From the NCBI GenBank assembly GCA_963814725.1, contig CAWFDY010000001.1:26780-90779 (forward strand): a stretch of DNA of 64,000 nucleotides, read 5' to 3'. Position 1 is the first letter of the stretch, and each line of letters starts with the position of its first letter. Under the pieces are notes generated by a model. That model was not told the DNA's origin. It was given only the letters and a program-made list of their open reading frames with translations, and ran no database searches. The position numbers and the translations under genes were made by a program. Positions 6,894-17,329 of this stretch are shown piece by piece. This DNA is from Terriglobia bacterium. GTDB lineage: Bacteria; Acidobacteriota; Terriglobia; Terriglobales; Acidobacteriaceae.

Positions 6894-9668
6894 TTATTTA
6901 ACGATTACGGTCAGGGTTGCGGTTTGGGTGACGGAGCCGCCGGTCGCAGTCACAATTACGGTGTAGGTTCCGGCGGGGGTTGCACCGCCCTGGCTGGAAC
7001 CGCCGCTGCTGCTACTGCCGCCGCCACAACCGACTCCGGCTGCGCAAAACACCAGCAGCATCAGTCCGAGACCGGCCATGCGGCGGCGGCGCGCCGGAAC
7101 TGCCAGAAAGAAAATGCCGGCAAAGAGGGCTCCGTTGCCAAGGGCCAGCCAGGCGAAACCGGCACGTGAAGCCGGGCGTCCTGAAGCGGGGACCAGGCCT
7201 GCTGACAGGCTATGCGACGCCGTCGTGCTTAAGGTCAGAACCGAAGTACCGGAGCCGCTGGGGAGAGGATTCGCGCTGAAGGCGCAGGTTGGCAGCGGCG
7301 TTCCCGCACCGCTTACGCTGCAAGTCAAGGTCACCGGGCTGGCGAAACCGCCCGACGGAGCCACTGTAAGGGTCGAAGTCGCGGAGGCTCCGGGGGCAAT
7401 CGATGCCGGCGAGGGCACCGTGCCACTCAGAGTGAAGCTCGGCGTCGCCGCCTGGTTGACAGCCAGGCTGATCGAGTCATTCTTGGTGGTAGCTCCGGAA
7501 GTTCCCGTAATCGTGATGTTCGACGTCCCAACCGGCGTGGTCGAGGCGGTGGTCACCGTCAGGGTGGATGTACCCGTTGCGCTCAGCGACGCCGGCGAAA
7601 AAGAGCAGCTTGTTCCGGCCGGAAGGCCCGCAGCGCAGGTCAGGTTCACCGTGCCGCTGAAACCGTTGATCATCGAAACCGTCACCGTCGAGGTACCTGG
7701 CTGCCCCGGAGGGGAAACGATAATCGGAGATCCTCCGACCGAGAAACGCGGAGTCGGATCAAAACTAGGCCACGAGGTCACGAGAACATTGGCGTCGATG
7801 GAGCCCAGGCCGGTGACCTGGTCGTAGCCAGTTCCGGCGCTGAAACCGATCTGAAAGGGTGCCGTAGCCGGGCAGCCGGTCGAGCCCGAGGTGCATGGGA
7901 CGATATTGTTGCCGCTCGTGATGTCGTGAAACGCGGTCGGCTTGGAAACTGCCAGGCTGTAAAGTGTGGGATTGATATTGGTCAAGGCGCCCGTGGTGGC
8001 CTGATTCAAAATCGCCACAATGCCGGCAAAAGCGGGGGCGGAGACAGAAGTGCCTCCGACTACGTTCAAACTGCCGTCGCTGCCTCGAAAGCCCGTCACA
8101 CAACTGCCTTGCGAACAGATAAGCGTCGGATCGTGCGCCGGCGAGGCGCTCAGGGAGATGTCAGGAACGTCGCGATGACTGTCCGCCGGAGTCAATGCCG
8201 TTTGCCACAGCGGCTTGGCGAACTGAGTGCTCACTCCGCCTCCGGTGGCTGAAAGTCCGCTGCCGTTCGCGATGGAAGTGGTCGTATCGTTCCATGATGT
8301 TTCGGGAATGGGGCCCAGTGCCGAACTAATGTTATCGGCTGCCCCGCTCGTGGCGCCCCAATAAGGCGGGTCGGCGCCAGCATCGGTGTTGGGAGCGGTT
8401 CCGGTCAGCGCGCCGGAAGCATCTCCGGTGAACTCGCTGCCGCCCAGGGCGGTGACCTCGGGAATGCTGCCAGGAGCATCCACCGCAAGTCCGTGGCTGG
8501 CGACTTTCGCCGATGCGGACTCGCAATCCGCGGCTCCGGAATCGCCCGATGCCGCCATCACCGTTTGACCTTGCGTGTTGGCCTGCTGCACTTCCTGGCG
8601 TAAGACTGCGGTAAACGTGCCCAGGTTGGTTTCGCAATTCCCATAGCTGGTACTGACTACCGGCGCCAGATTGTTGGCGATGGCGAATTCGAAAGCATCG
8701 AAGACGTTTTTCGACGAGTTGCCTCCGACATAAACAAACAGGACGGTGGCGTTCTTCGCCACAGCGCCGGACCACTCGACGTCAAGATCGGCTTCGACTT
8801 CGTCGCCCGAGGAAAAGCCGGTGGTGTTGTCCACCGAGACCAGCTGCAGGTTGGTCGGCGGCAAACCGGCGGCGGAGCGGAACGCGTCCACGTCGGCAAC
8901 ATCGATCTGGGTCTGCCCGACGACGGCAATTTTCTCGCCGGTTCCATCCAGTCCAGCTGCGTAGAGCGGGTTGAGATTGTAGATGGTGGCAAAGTCGCCC
9001 GGCGCGACAAAGTGGTTTCCGGTCTGATGCGAGGTGAAGTTGGGGCGGGCTACCCGGGCGCGGGGTCGCGGACGAAAACTGTCGAAGCCTCTGAAACCCA
9101 ACACCATGCTAGAGATTGCCTGCGGCACCGATATATCGATGGCATTGGCAAAAGCCGTCTCTCCGTTCACGTCATAACGGTGAAACTCGGTATGGAATAC
9201 GCTTTCAACTTGAGCTGCAGTCCCGCTGAAGAAGACCTTGGTACGGGAGCGCGAATTTCCATCAACCGTGAGTTCCTGTGACTTCAGCCAAGCAGACACT
9301 TTGGCCAGGTCGCTGTCGCTCATGCCGAAGCGCGCGGCATACTGCTCGGGAGTCAGCCACTTGTGATAGTTGGCGGAGTTTGGATCCTGCTGTTCCACCA
9401 GAAGTTTGTCCAGATCGGCCTGCTGGGCGGCGGAAAGTTTGAAGGTTATGGCGGCGTGGTTGATTCGCATGCTGCCTTCCACGCGGCCCCGATCGAATTC
9501 GGAGCGCGCCATGGGATGCGCCCCTGTGAAAACCACGGGTTCGGTCTCTTCAATCCGTTGCGCGATTCGATTTCGAACTTGCGCGGGAGCAATGATAGCC
9601 AACGCCAGGAACAAGGGTATAAAAGTGAATACACGATTGCGAAAAGGGCACACTGCGGTCCTGGCCAT
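6894..9668 (-). CDS. Secreted S53 (sedolisin/kumamolisin-type) serine peptidase with Ig-like repeats
   Basis: Signal peptide, pro-kumamolisin-like propeptide, SGDSG and GGTSVSAP catalytic-serine motifs, then Thr/Ser-rich Ig-like repeats. Confidence 0.85.
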   Translation of the reverse strand: MARTAVCPFRNRVFTFIPLFLALAIIAPAQVRNRIAQRIEETEPVVFTGAHPMARSEFDRGRVEGSMRINHAAITFKLSAAQQADLDKLLVEQQDPNSANYHKWLTPEQYAARFGMSDSDLAKVSAWLKSQELTVDGNSRSRTKVFFSGTAAQVESVFHTEFHRYDVNGETAFANAIDISVPQAISSMVLGFRGFDSFRPRPRARVARPNFTSHQTGNHFVAPGDFATIYNLNPLYAAGLDGTGEKIAVVGQTQIDVADVDAFRSAAGLPPTNLQLVSVDNTTGFSSGDEVEADLDVEWSGAVAKNATVLFVYVGGNSSKNVFDAFEFAIANNLAPVVSTSYGNCETNLGTFTAVLRQEVQQANTQGQTVMAASGDSGAADCESASAKVASHGLAVDAPGSIPEVTALGGSEFTGDASGALTGTAPNTDAGADPPYWGATSGAADNISSALGPIPETSWNDTTTSIANGSGLSATGGGVSTQFAKPLWQTALTPADSHRDVPDISLSASPAHDPTLICSQGSCVTGFRGSDGSLNVVGGTSVSAPAFAGIVAILNQATTGALTNINPTLYSLAVSKPTAFHDITSGNNIVPCTSGSTGCPATAPFQIGFSAGTGYDQVTGLGSIDANVLVTSWPSFDPTPRFSVGGSPIIVSPPGQPGTSTVTVSMINGFSGTVNLTCAAGLPAGTSCSFSPASLSATGTSTLTVTTASTTPVGTSNITITGTSGATTKNDSISLAVNQAATPSFTLSGTVPSPASIAPGASATSTLTVAPSGGFASPVTLTCSVSGAGTPLPTCAFSANPLPSGSGTSVLTLSTTASHSLSAGLVPASGRPASRAGFAWLALGNGALFAGIFFLAVPARRRRMAGLGLMLLVFCAAGVGCGGGSSSSGGSSQGGATPAGTYTVIVTATGGSVTQTATLTVIVK

Positions 9669-9859
9669 TTACTGCTCTCCTGAATTTACTCGCTAGAGTT
9701 TGAGATCTCCGCCGGTCGCCGAAACCGGGCTCGCCGTTATCAGTATTGATTCAGGTTATCGCAGCAAAGGATGTCCGCCAAGTACGCTTAAGTACAGGCA
9801 GAGGGCATGTCTAGGCGTGCGTAGGATCTGCCGAACCTCGAAAGAGGCTCGCACCGCGA

Positions 9860-9884
9860 AGGTAACCATCCTGGATGGTTACCT
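9860..9884. promoter_or_regulatory. Perfect 12-1-12 palindrome AGGTAACCATCC-T-GGATGGTTACCT (candidate operator)
   Basis: Lies in the divergent gap between the S53 peptidase and methyltransferase genes. A TATACT -10-like hexamer at 9896-9901 lies just downstream. Confidence 0.5.
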
Positions 9885-9978
9885 CTTTACAAATTTATAC
9901 TCTTAAGTTGACCCAGAGCAGCCTTTGCCTGACCGAGCGACCGGCGCAACGCTGCACGGATATCGCGAGAGGGATGTA

Positions 9979-10779
9979 ATGTCTCGAACCCTGGACCTGT
10001 ACAACAGCTCGTATGGCAATTACGAACGAGATGCCTATCGCGAAGTGCGGGTCGAAACCTATGGGGAAGACTTCGGGCAGACCAGTTGGGTAACGAGCGA
10101 AGAGTCGCATGAAATCCCGCGTCAGCTGCAGCTGACGCCGTCGTCCTCGGTTCTCGAGATTGGCTCGGGATCGGGCCGCTACGCGCTGCATGTCGCCGAG
10201 ACCGCCCGGTGCAAGGTGGTGGGTCTCGATCTGAATGAGGAAGGGATTCGAAATGCCGCCGCCCTGGCGGATCAGCAGGGCATGGGCGCGCAGGTGCGCT
10301 TTCAGAAGTGCGACGCCTCGCGGCCATTGCCTTTTGCCGACGAGGCCTTTGATGCGGTCTTTTCGAACGATGTGTTTTGCCACATCCCCGGACGACTTGC
10401 CTTGTTGCGGGAGCTCGCGCGCGTGCTGAAGCCGGGCGGCCGATTGCTCTTCAGCGATGCCCTGGTCATGGGCGGGACGATTTCGAATCAGGAGATCGAA
10501 ACCCGCAGCCTGGTTGGGTTCTACCTTTTTGCACCTCCCGGCGAGAATGAAAAGTTGATCGAGGCGGCCGGTTTGAAGCTGGCGAGCGCCGGCGACACGA
10601 CCGCAGCGGCGGCCGCGGTGGCGCTGCGATGGCATAACGCGCGAGCAAAAAGAAGATCAGAATTAACCGCAGTCGAAGGCGCGGCAAATTTTGAAGGCCT
10701 GCAAAAATTTCTGCTCTGTGTGCACACCCTGACCAGCGAGAGACGGCTGCTGCGATTTGTCTATTTGGCGCGACGGTAG
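9979..10779 (+). CDS. Class I SAM-dependent methyltransferase
   Basis: VLEIGSGSGRYA motif I and LKPGGRLLFSD. GAGAGGGA lies upstream of ATG 9979. ORF is open from TTG 9925. Confidence 0.85.
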   Translation: MSRTLDLYNSSYGNYERDAYREVRVETYGEDFGQTSWVTSEESHEIPRQLQLTPSSSVLEIGSGSGRYALHVAETARCKVVGLDLNEEGIRNAAALADQQGMGAQVRFQKCDASRPLPFADEAFDAVFSNDVFCHIPGRLALLRELARVLKPGGRLLFSDALVMGGTISNQEIETRSLVGFYLFAPPGENEKLIEAAGLKLASAGDTTAAAAAVALRWHNARAKRRSELTAVEGAANFEGLQKFLLCVHTLTSERRLLRFVYLARR

Positions 10780-11047
10780 CCGCGACGCTGGCGCAAATCA
10801 GCCCGATGGAACGCGTCCCGGCGTTCGGTTGATCACTAGAGAATCCAGAACTATTTCTTGACAACCCTTTGCGATGGAGACCAGAATGCAATTCCTTTTC
10901 CCGCTAGACGCGTGATTCCAGACGAGTCCGATTCCTGAAGTGTCGAGTAAGGACATCATGAAAACCTGCGGCGGGATCTTGCCAGAAACTCCTATCTCAA
11001 GTTCGGGTGGCTCGCGAATATCCACTGCCGCGGGAGACGATCGCGCT

Positions 11048-14000
11048 ATGGCGTCGTCGAGGAAAATTGCGTTGCGGATTCTGTGCCTGGCTTTGCTGTT
11101 TTGTCCGAATGCGGCGAGATCCGCGACCGCCAGGGCGGCAGTTTCCCGTCAAAACGCCGGAGGTTTCGCGCGGCAGCGCGCAGCCCATCCTCCCAGAACT
11201 ATATGGGAACGAATGGGGGCTCCCAGAGGATGGCAGAGGGGCCTGTCGAGAGCGCATACGGTTGCCGCCGATGCGCGAATCCAGTCCGGGACTGGTGCAT
11301 TGCCGCATCCCTTCGACAGCGGCGCGATTGCGAATCCGATTTTCTTCGTCCCTCCGACTTTCAATACCGGGGGCGCGCAGGCTCGCAACGTCGCGATCGG
11401 CGATTTTAGCGGCGATGGAAAAAACGATCTTCTGGTGACCAACCAGTGCCTCAGCAGCACGGATTGTACGCAAGGCAGTGTGGCTGTGCTGCTGGGCAAC
11501 GGCGACGGCACTTATCAGCCCGCGTTGGTGTCGGCGACGGGAGCAATCTTGTCGTCGGTGGCGGTGGGGGATTTTAACCGCGACGGCAAGCTCGATGTAG
11601 CAGTGGACAACGCCTGTACGGATGTTGCATGCACCAACGGGTCGGTGCATGTCCTGCTGGGAAATGGCAACGGAACCTTCCAGTCCCCTGTGGCCTATGC
11701 GACGGGAAGCAGCGCTTTTTCGGTGCAAACCGGGGACGTGAACAGTGACGGCAAGCTGGACCTGGTGGTTGTCAATAGTCCCACCACGGCGGAAATCTTT
11801 TTAGGAAACGGCGATGGGACTTTTCAAACGCCTTTGACGGTCACTACTTCCGGGGTGGGTAACTCGGCTGTCTTTCTCGGGGATTTTAATGGGGACCACA
11901 AGCTTGACCTCGGAGTGGCGACCAGCAATTGCGGAGCCGTGGATTGCGACGCGTCGGTGAGCGTTCTGCTGGGAAATGGCGATGGGAGCTTTCAGTCTGC
12001 GACCGGAACCCAGACATTTACTTCGCACAACGTGCAGGCCGTGGCCTTGGGCGATGCCAATCACGATGGGAAGCTGGATTTTGCAGTGGTGCTGAACTGC
12101 GTCCCGGATGCGAGCACGTGCCCGAGTGAAATTGTCGATGTTCTTCCGGGAAATGGCGATGGCACGTTCGGCGCGGTCAAGACTTCGGCGCTGCCGACCA
12201 TGGATATCACTTCGATCGAGTTCGGCGATCTGAACGGAGACGGCAAGCCGGATCTGGCAACGGTCGATGCCGGCAGCGCGGGCATCTCATCCGTACTGCT
12301 GGGCAAGGGAGACGGCACGTTCACTCTGCAGGGTTCTTATGAAACCGGCGGAGAGGAGCCATTGTTCGGCGCATTCGGAGACCTGAACGGCGACGGAAAG
12401 ATAGATTTCGCGGTGGCGGATGAGTGCCAGCCGAATGCCGCCAACGATTGCATGGGCATGGTCATCGTGCTTTCAGGGGACGGTCGCGGAGGCTTTGCCG
12501 GCCCAGTCGGATTTACCACGGGCGGAGTGAGTCCGGTGATCGCGGCCGGGGATCTTAACGGCGACGGCCTGGTCGATGTTGCCGTGGCCTCCCTGTGCAT
12601 CAGCCAGCTTGACTGCGTGGACAGCGGCGTTTCGCTGCTTCTAGGCAAATCCGGTGGAGGCTTTCGGTCTTCGACAAGTTATGACCCAGGGGGATATTCT
12701 CCGGATTCGGTGGCAGTCGGGGACTTCAATGGAGACGGCAAACTGGATGTCATCGTTATTAATGATTGCGTGACGCTAGCCGACTGCAGCCACGGCGTGA
12801 TCGGAGTGCTGCTGGGAAATGGCGATGGCACATTGGGCGCGACCGCGAAATATTCCACGGGCGGAATGTCTCCGAAATCGGTTGCCGTAGGAGATTTCAA
12901 TGGCGACGGCAAACTCGATATTGCGCTGGTCCAATGCGTTGGTGACTCCGACAGTTGCTTTGACGGATCCAATGGCTCGGTGAGCATCTTCCTGGGCAAT
13001 GGGGACGGCAGCTTTGCCTCGCCGGTGAACTACTCATCGGGTGCGCCTTACTCGGAATCGGTGACGATCGCGGATTTCAACCGCGACGGGAAGGCGGATC
13101 TGGCGGTAGCGAATGGCAACTGCACCGCTCCCGGACCTGCGCTTTCATGCCAGACCGGTTCGGTGGGCGTGCTGCTGGGAAACGGCGACGGGACTTTTCA
13201 GACCGCGGTGCCCTATTCGGCCCAGGATCCGCACAGTTTTTCATTGGCCGTAGCCGACTTTAACGGGGACGGCAAGCTGGATATCGCGCTGGCAAATTTT
13301 AACTGCACCGACCCTCAGAGTTGCGCAGCCGATGCTTCAATCTCCATCCTGGCCGGCAATGGCGATGGGACATTCCAGGATGCGACAACTTATCCGGGAG
13401 GAGGCGGGTTCCCAATGTTCAGCGCCCGGCCCAACTCACTGGCAGCCAGCGATTTGAATGGCGACGGCAAGCCGGATCTTGTGCTGGCCAGCCGCGCCGT
13501 GCTGCTGGGCAACGGCGACGGAAGTTTTCAGGCGGCGCAAAATTACAATCCCGCGGGCGTCCTGGGTTATTCGAATCTGGTTGCGGACTTCAACGGCGAC
13601 GGCAAACCCGACCTGCTGGTGGCGGGCAACATGTTCGTCGTCGAATTGCCGAATATTTCAACTGGATTCCTGAATGCAACCTCGACCGCGCTGAAGTCTT
13701 CTGTTAACCCGGCAAACTTTCATCGCCGGGTAACTTTGACCGCGACCATTTCAACGGCATCTCAAAACGCGCCCAGCGGTACGATCACGTTCAGCGACAG
13801 CGGCCATGCCCTGGCTAGCATTCCGGTGAGTCATGGCAAGGCGAGATTCTCCACGTTCTCGCTCGATCCCGGCACACACGCGATAACGGCAACCTATGGC
13901 GGCGATCAGAACTTCCTTCCCAGCACTTCGCCGGAACTTGATGAAGTCATCAGAGCGGAGACGAGAATCAAGCTGACTTCGTCGACGAATCCGTCGCAGG

Positions 14001-14236
14001 CTGGACAATCGGTGACCTTTACGGTGGTGGTGAACGCCAACTCCGGAGGCACGCCGGCTGGGTCAATAACCTTCCGGGACTTTTCAATTGACCTCGGCAC
14101 CGTCCCCTTGAACGCCGGTACGGCCTCGTTCACAACTTCATTCCACCACAAAGGCCTGCACCTGATCTGGGCCCAGTACAACGGCGATGCTGTGGACCAG
14201 CGGAGCTTCAACGTTCTGGCGCAGCGGGTACGGTAA
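11048..14236 (+). CDS. Secreted FG-GAP/VCBS repeat protein with C-terminal Ig-like domains
   Basis: Signal peptide at ATG 11048. More than 15 repeats of GDFNGDGKLDL..LLGNGDGTFQ. The C-terminus has Big-like repeats (ATYGGD.., SITF..). Confidence 0.85.
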   Translation: MASSRKIALRILCLALLFCPNAARSATARAAVSRQNAGGFARQRAAHPPRTIWERMGAPRGWQRGLSRAHTVAADARIQSGTGALPHPFDSGAIANPIFFVPPTFNTGGAQARNVAIGDFSGDGKNDLLVTNQCLSSTDCTQGSVAVLLGNGDGTYQPALVSATGAILSSVAVGDFNRDGKLDVAVDNACTDVACTNGSVHVLLGNGNGTFQSPVAYATGSSAFSVQTGDVNSDGKLDLVVVNSPTTAEIFLGNGDGTFQTPLTVTTSGVGNSAVFLGDFNGDHKLDLGVATSNCGAVDCDASVSVLLGNGDGSFQSATGTQTFTSHNVQAVALGDANHDGKLDFAVVLNCVPDASTCPSEIVDVLPGNGDGTFGAVKTSALPTMDITSIEFGDLNGDGKPDLATVDAGSAGISSVLLGKGDGTFTLQGSYETGGEEPLFGAFGDLNGDGKIDFAVADECQPNAANDCMGMVIVLSGDGRGGFAGPVGFTTGGVSPVIAAGDLNGDGLVDVAVASLCISQLDCVDSGVSLLLGKSGGGFRSSTSYDPGGYSPDSVAVGDFNGDGKLDVIVINDCVTLADCSHGVIGVLLGNGDGTLGATAKYSTGGMSPKSVAVGDFNGDGKLDIALVQCVGDSDSCFDGSNGSVSIFLGNGDGSFASPVNYSSGAPYSESVTIADFNRDGKADLAVANGNCTAPGPALSCQTGSVGVLLGNGDGTFQTAVPYSAQDPHSFSLAVADFNGDGKLDIALANFNCTDPQSCAADASISILAGNGDGTFQDATTYPGGGGFPMFSARPNSLAASDLNGDGKPDLVLASRAVLLGNGDGSFQAAQNYNPAGVLGYSNLVADFNGDGKPDLLVAGNMFVVELPNISTGFLNATSTALKSSVNPANFHRRVTLTATISTASQNAPSGTITFSDSGHALASIPVSHGKARFSTFSLDPGTHAITATYGGDQNFLPSTSPELDEVIRAETRIKLTSSTNPSQAGQSVTFTVVVNANSGGTPAGSITFRDFSIDLGTVPLNAGTASFTTSFHHKGLHLIWAQYNGDAVDQRSFNVLAQRVR

Positions 14237-14273
14237 GAGAAGATTCCGGACTTCAGTTTTCGGATTTACCACA

Positions 14274-14317
14274 AGTTCAAATTCAAGGGCGGCGGACAGG
14301 AGTGTCCGCCCCACGCG
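14274..14317. repeat. Family A half element
   Basis: TTCAAATTCAAGGGCGGCGGACAGGAGTGTCCGCCCCACGCG, a single arm. Confidence 0.8.
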
Positions 14318-14361
14318 TAATGGGCGCGCTACAATGCCTTGCCGAAAAGGGGAGGCTGCTA

Positions 14362-15975
14362 ATGGGGCTGGAAAAAAATCTCCGTCGCGAATTTTTGCGA
14401 ATCGCCGGAGCAGGCATTGCAGGCGCAGGGGTAGCGGGTGGCGTGGCGCAGGCGCAAGGGGCGCCGGCACAGGACGGTAAGGCGGGCGCGGGCGGCGGGA
14501 TTTTCGATGTGAAACACTTTGGCGCCGCCGGAGATGGCATGACCGTGGACAGCCCTGCCGTGAACCGCGCCATTGCAGCGGCTAACGCGGGCGGCGGCGG
14601 GACGGTCCGCTTCCCCGCCGGGAGCTACCTGTGTTACTCCATACGGCTAAAATCGAACGTCTCGATTTGCCTGGATCAGAATGCGTCCATCATCGCGGAT
14701 GGTCCCCCATCTTCCGGTTCCGAAGGATATGACCTGGCCGAGCCCAACACGGCGTGGAACGACTTCCAGGACTATGGCCACAATCACTGGCACAACAGCC
14801 TGCTGTGGGGCGAAGGGCTGGAAAATATTTCGATTGTTGGACCAGGTTTGATCTGGGGCCGCGGACTCAGCAAGGGTTACGGTCCGGGGCCGGTCGCCGA
14901 ACAGGCGGGTGTGGCCAACAAGGCGATCGCGCTTAAGAATTGCCGCAACGTGATCCTGCGCGACTTTTCCATATTAAAGGGCGGGCACTTCGGGATTCTG
15001 GCCACGGGGGTCGATAACTTCACCGTGGACAATCTCAAAATTGATACCGACCGAGACGGCATCGATTTCGACTGCTGCCGCAATGTGCGCGTGGCCAACT
15101 GCACGGTCAATTCGCCCTGGGACGATGCTCTCTGTCCCAAGAGTTCTTTTGCGCTGGGTTATGCGCGTGCAACCGAGAATGTGACGATCACCAACTGTTA
15201 TGTCACCGGAATCTACCAGCTCGGAACGGTACTCGACGGCACCTTCAAGCGACTCGATCCCGAGGTCAAGGCCGGGCGCATCGGTCGCATCAAGTTCGGA
15301 ACCGAATCAAACGGAGGATTCAAGAACATCGCCATTTCGAACTGTGTCTTCGAAGGTTGCCAGGGGTTGGCCTTGGAGACTGTGGATGGCGGGCTGCTGG
15401 AGGACATCACCATTACGAACATCACCATGCGCGACATCACATCGGCACCTATCTTCCTACGTCTCGGAGCGCGCATGCGCGGGCCGCAGGGAGTCCCGGT
15501 CGGAGCTTTGCGCCGCGTCCTGATCAGCAACATTGTCTGCTCCAATTCCGAATCGCAGCTCGGTTCGATCATCAGCGGAATTCCGGGACACGCGATCGAA
15601 GACATCAAGCTCAGCGATATTTACATTCAGCACCGCGGGGGCGGGAGCAGCGAGGCTGCCGCTCTCAAGCCGGCGGAGCTGGAGAAATCGTATCCCGAGC
15701 CCAATATGTTCGGCCCGATGCCGTCGCAAGGCTTTTTCATTCGCCACGCCAGGAATATCGAGATGAGCCACGTGGAAATCAGTTCGATGAGCGCAGATGC
15801 CCGGCCTGTCTTCGTCCTCGAGGATGTTCAAGGGGCGCGCTTCTTCCGCGTTCGAGGACCGGCGGCTCAGAATGTGCCCCGGTTTGTGCTGAACAATGTG
15901 GAGGACTTCGATGTCCTGGGGAGCAAGCCGGTGCCGGACACGCAGATCGATAAAGTCGAGAGCCGGAAATTGTAG
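14362..15975 (+). CDS. Glycoside hydrolase family 28-like enzyme (pectate-lyase fold), Tat signal
   Basis: RREFLRIAGAG twin-arginine signal, AAGDG..T pectate_lyase_3-like N-terminus, DRDGIDFD and WDDALC motifs. GGAGG lies before ATG 14362. Confidence 0.8.
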   Translation: MGLEKNLRREFLRIAGAGIAGAGVAGGVAQAQGAPAQDGKAGAGGGIFDVKHFGAAGDGMTVDSPAVNRAIAAANAGGGGTVRFPAGSYLCYSIRLKSNVSICLDQNASIIADGPPSSGSEGYDLAEPNTAWNDFQDYGHNHWHNSLLWGEGLENISIVGPGLIWGRGLSKGYGPGPVAEQAGVANKAIALKNCRNVILRDFSILKGGHFGILATGVDNFTVDNLKIDTDRDGIDFDCCRNVRVANCTVNSPWDDALCPKSSFALGYARATENVTITNCYVTGIYQLGTVLDGTFKRLDPEVKAGRIGRIKFGTESNGGFKNIAISNCVFEGCQGLALETVDGGLLEDITITNITMRDITSAPIFLRLGARMRGPQGVPVGALRRVLISNIVCSNSESQLGSIISGIPGHAIEDIKLSDIYIQHRGGGSSEAAALKPAELEKSYPEPNMFGPMPSQGFFIRHARNIEMSHVEISSMSADARPVFVLEDVQGARFFRVRGPAAQNVPRFVLNNVEDFDVLGSKPVPDTQIDKVESRKL

Positions 15976-16269
15976 TTGGATCGACAGCTTGTCCGAATTC
16001 TGCCTCGGTGTCCCAGATTCCGAGAAGCCGGCCGGATGCAACTAAAGGCAGTTGGGATCGTTCGATTGCTTCACGCTGACCGCGGCGCTGCAAACGACAA
16101 CCGAGTTGGCTTTGGGAGTTCTCGTGCTGCTGGTGGCCGTGATTTCCAAATTCGAGCCACAGCCGAAAGTTGAGGTTACGACGCCGTGCTGGTCCACGGG
16201 AACGATCTGAGGCGCGCTGGAAGCATGGTTCGTGGTAGGGCGGGATCCATCGCATCCATTAAGGATGGA

Positions 16270-16344
16270 TGGTGGGCGCTGTAGGATTTGAACCTACGAC
16301 TTCCACCGTGTGAGGATGGCACTCTACCGCTGAGTTAAGCGCCC
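16270..16344 (-). tRNA. tRNA-Val (anticodon CAC)
   Basis: 75-nt cloverleaf folded by hand: acceptor GGGCGCT/AGCGCCC, anticodon loop CTCACAC, T-arm GTAGG-TTCAAAT-CCTAC, encoded CCA. Confidence 0.9.
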
Positions 16345-16443
16345 AACTCTTTACATTCAAACAGTTACAGCTATTTCCGTCAACCGTGTGGGAATGTTTG
16401 GATAAACTCTGCGCGCCCTGGGCACGAACCTGAACACTCCACG

Positions 16444-17265
16444 CTACGCGACAGTGTTCTCCAGCATTCCAATTCCATCGATAGCGATGCGGATAACATC
16501 ACCGCTCGCCAGGGTGAAGCCATCCCCGGGGACAATGCCGGTCCCGGTCATCAGAAGGGCTCCCTGGGGAAAGCTGTGGTCACGGAAGAGGAACTTAACC
16601 AATTCTTTAGGTTCACGCTTGAGTTCTGCCAGCGTGGCCGTCCCGCTGAATAGGGTATTGCCCTGCCGCGCAATCTCGAGCCGGATGGCGGTCTTGGTTG
16701 ATAATTCAGCCGAGAGCAGGATGCAAGGGCCGAGCGCGCAACTGCCGTCATATACCTTCGCCTGGGGGAGATAAAGCGGGTTTTCCCCTTCGATATCGCG
16801 CGAACTCATATCGTTGCCAATCGTGCATCCTAAAATTGCGCCGGCAGGGCTGATCAGCAAAGTCAGTTCCGGCTCAGGCACCGACCACCTGGCATCCGAT
16901 CGGATACGCACCGCGCCCCCGGGGCCGACAACGCTTCGCCCTGCCGCCTTGAAAAACAGTTCCGGCCTCTCGGCTGAATAAACACGGTCGTAGAAGTCGC
17001 CTCCTCCGGCAGCCTTGCTCTCTGCAACCCGCGCATCGCGACTACGGTAGTAGGTCACGCCCGCGGCCCACACCTCCTGCTGGACAACAGGGGCGAGAAT
17101 CGTCGATGGGTCAAACCCTGTCACAGCCTTCTGGCTTGCGGCCGCCTGAACCCGCGTGTTGAAGTCGGCGCTCGAGATAAGTTCGTCCCAGTCCACCCCT
17201 GACATAAGATGGAACCCGCTATCGTCCTCGACGAACACCCCGTTAGTTGTGCGATAGAGCTTCAT
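16444..17265 (-). CDS. Fumarylacetoacetate hydrolase (FAH) family protein
   Basis: 273 aa with a FAH-fold C-terminal domain pattern (..[20 protein letters not shown]..). Confidence 0.75.
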   Translation of the reverse strand: MKLYRTTNGVFVEDDSGFHLMSGVDWDELISSADFNTRVQAAASQKAVTGFDPSTILAPVVQQEVWAAGVTYYRSRDARVAESKAAGGGDFYDRVYSAERPELFFKAAGRSVVGPGGAVRIRSDARWSVPEPELTLLISPAGAILGCTIGNDMSSRDIEGENPLYLPQAKVYDGSCALGPCILLSAELSTKTAIRLEIARQGNTLFSGTATLAELKREPKELVKFLFRDHSFPQGALLMTGTGIVPGDGFTLASGDVIRIAIDGIGMLENTVA

Positions 17266-17329
17266 GTAGGTTAGCCTTGTAGTTCACCCCATAGAGCCAG
17301 ACGACAGGGGCCGTGTTTAAAGTGAGGGT

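Noticed and set aside
16030-16262. Minus-strand frame encoding a Cys-containing peptide (..VVTSTFGCGSNLEITATSSTRTPKANSVVVCSAAVSVKQSNDPNCL*) between the GH28 gene and tRNA-Val
   Set aside because: There is no in-frame ATG and no RBS, only a weak internal GTG. The open frame runs up to the tRNA gene. It may be a decayed Ig-like domain fragment, but I cannot support it as a gene.
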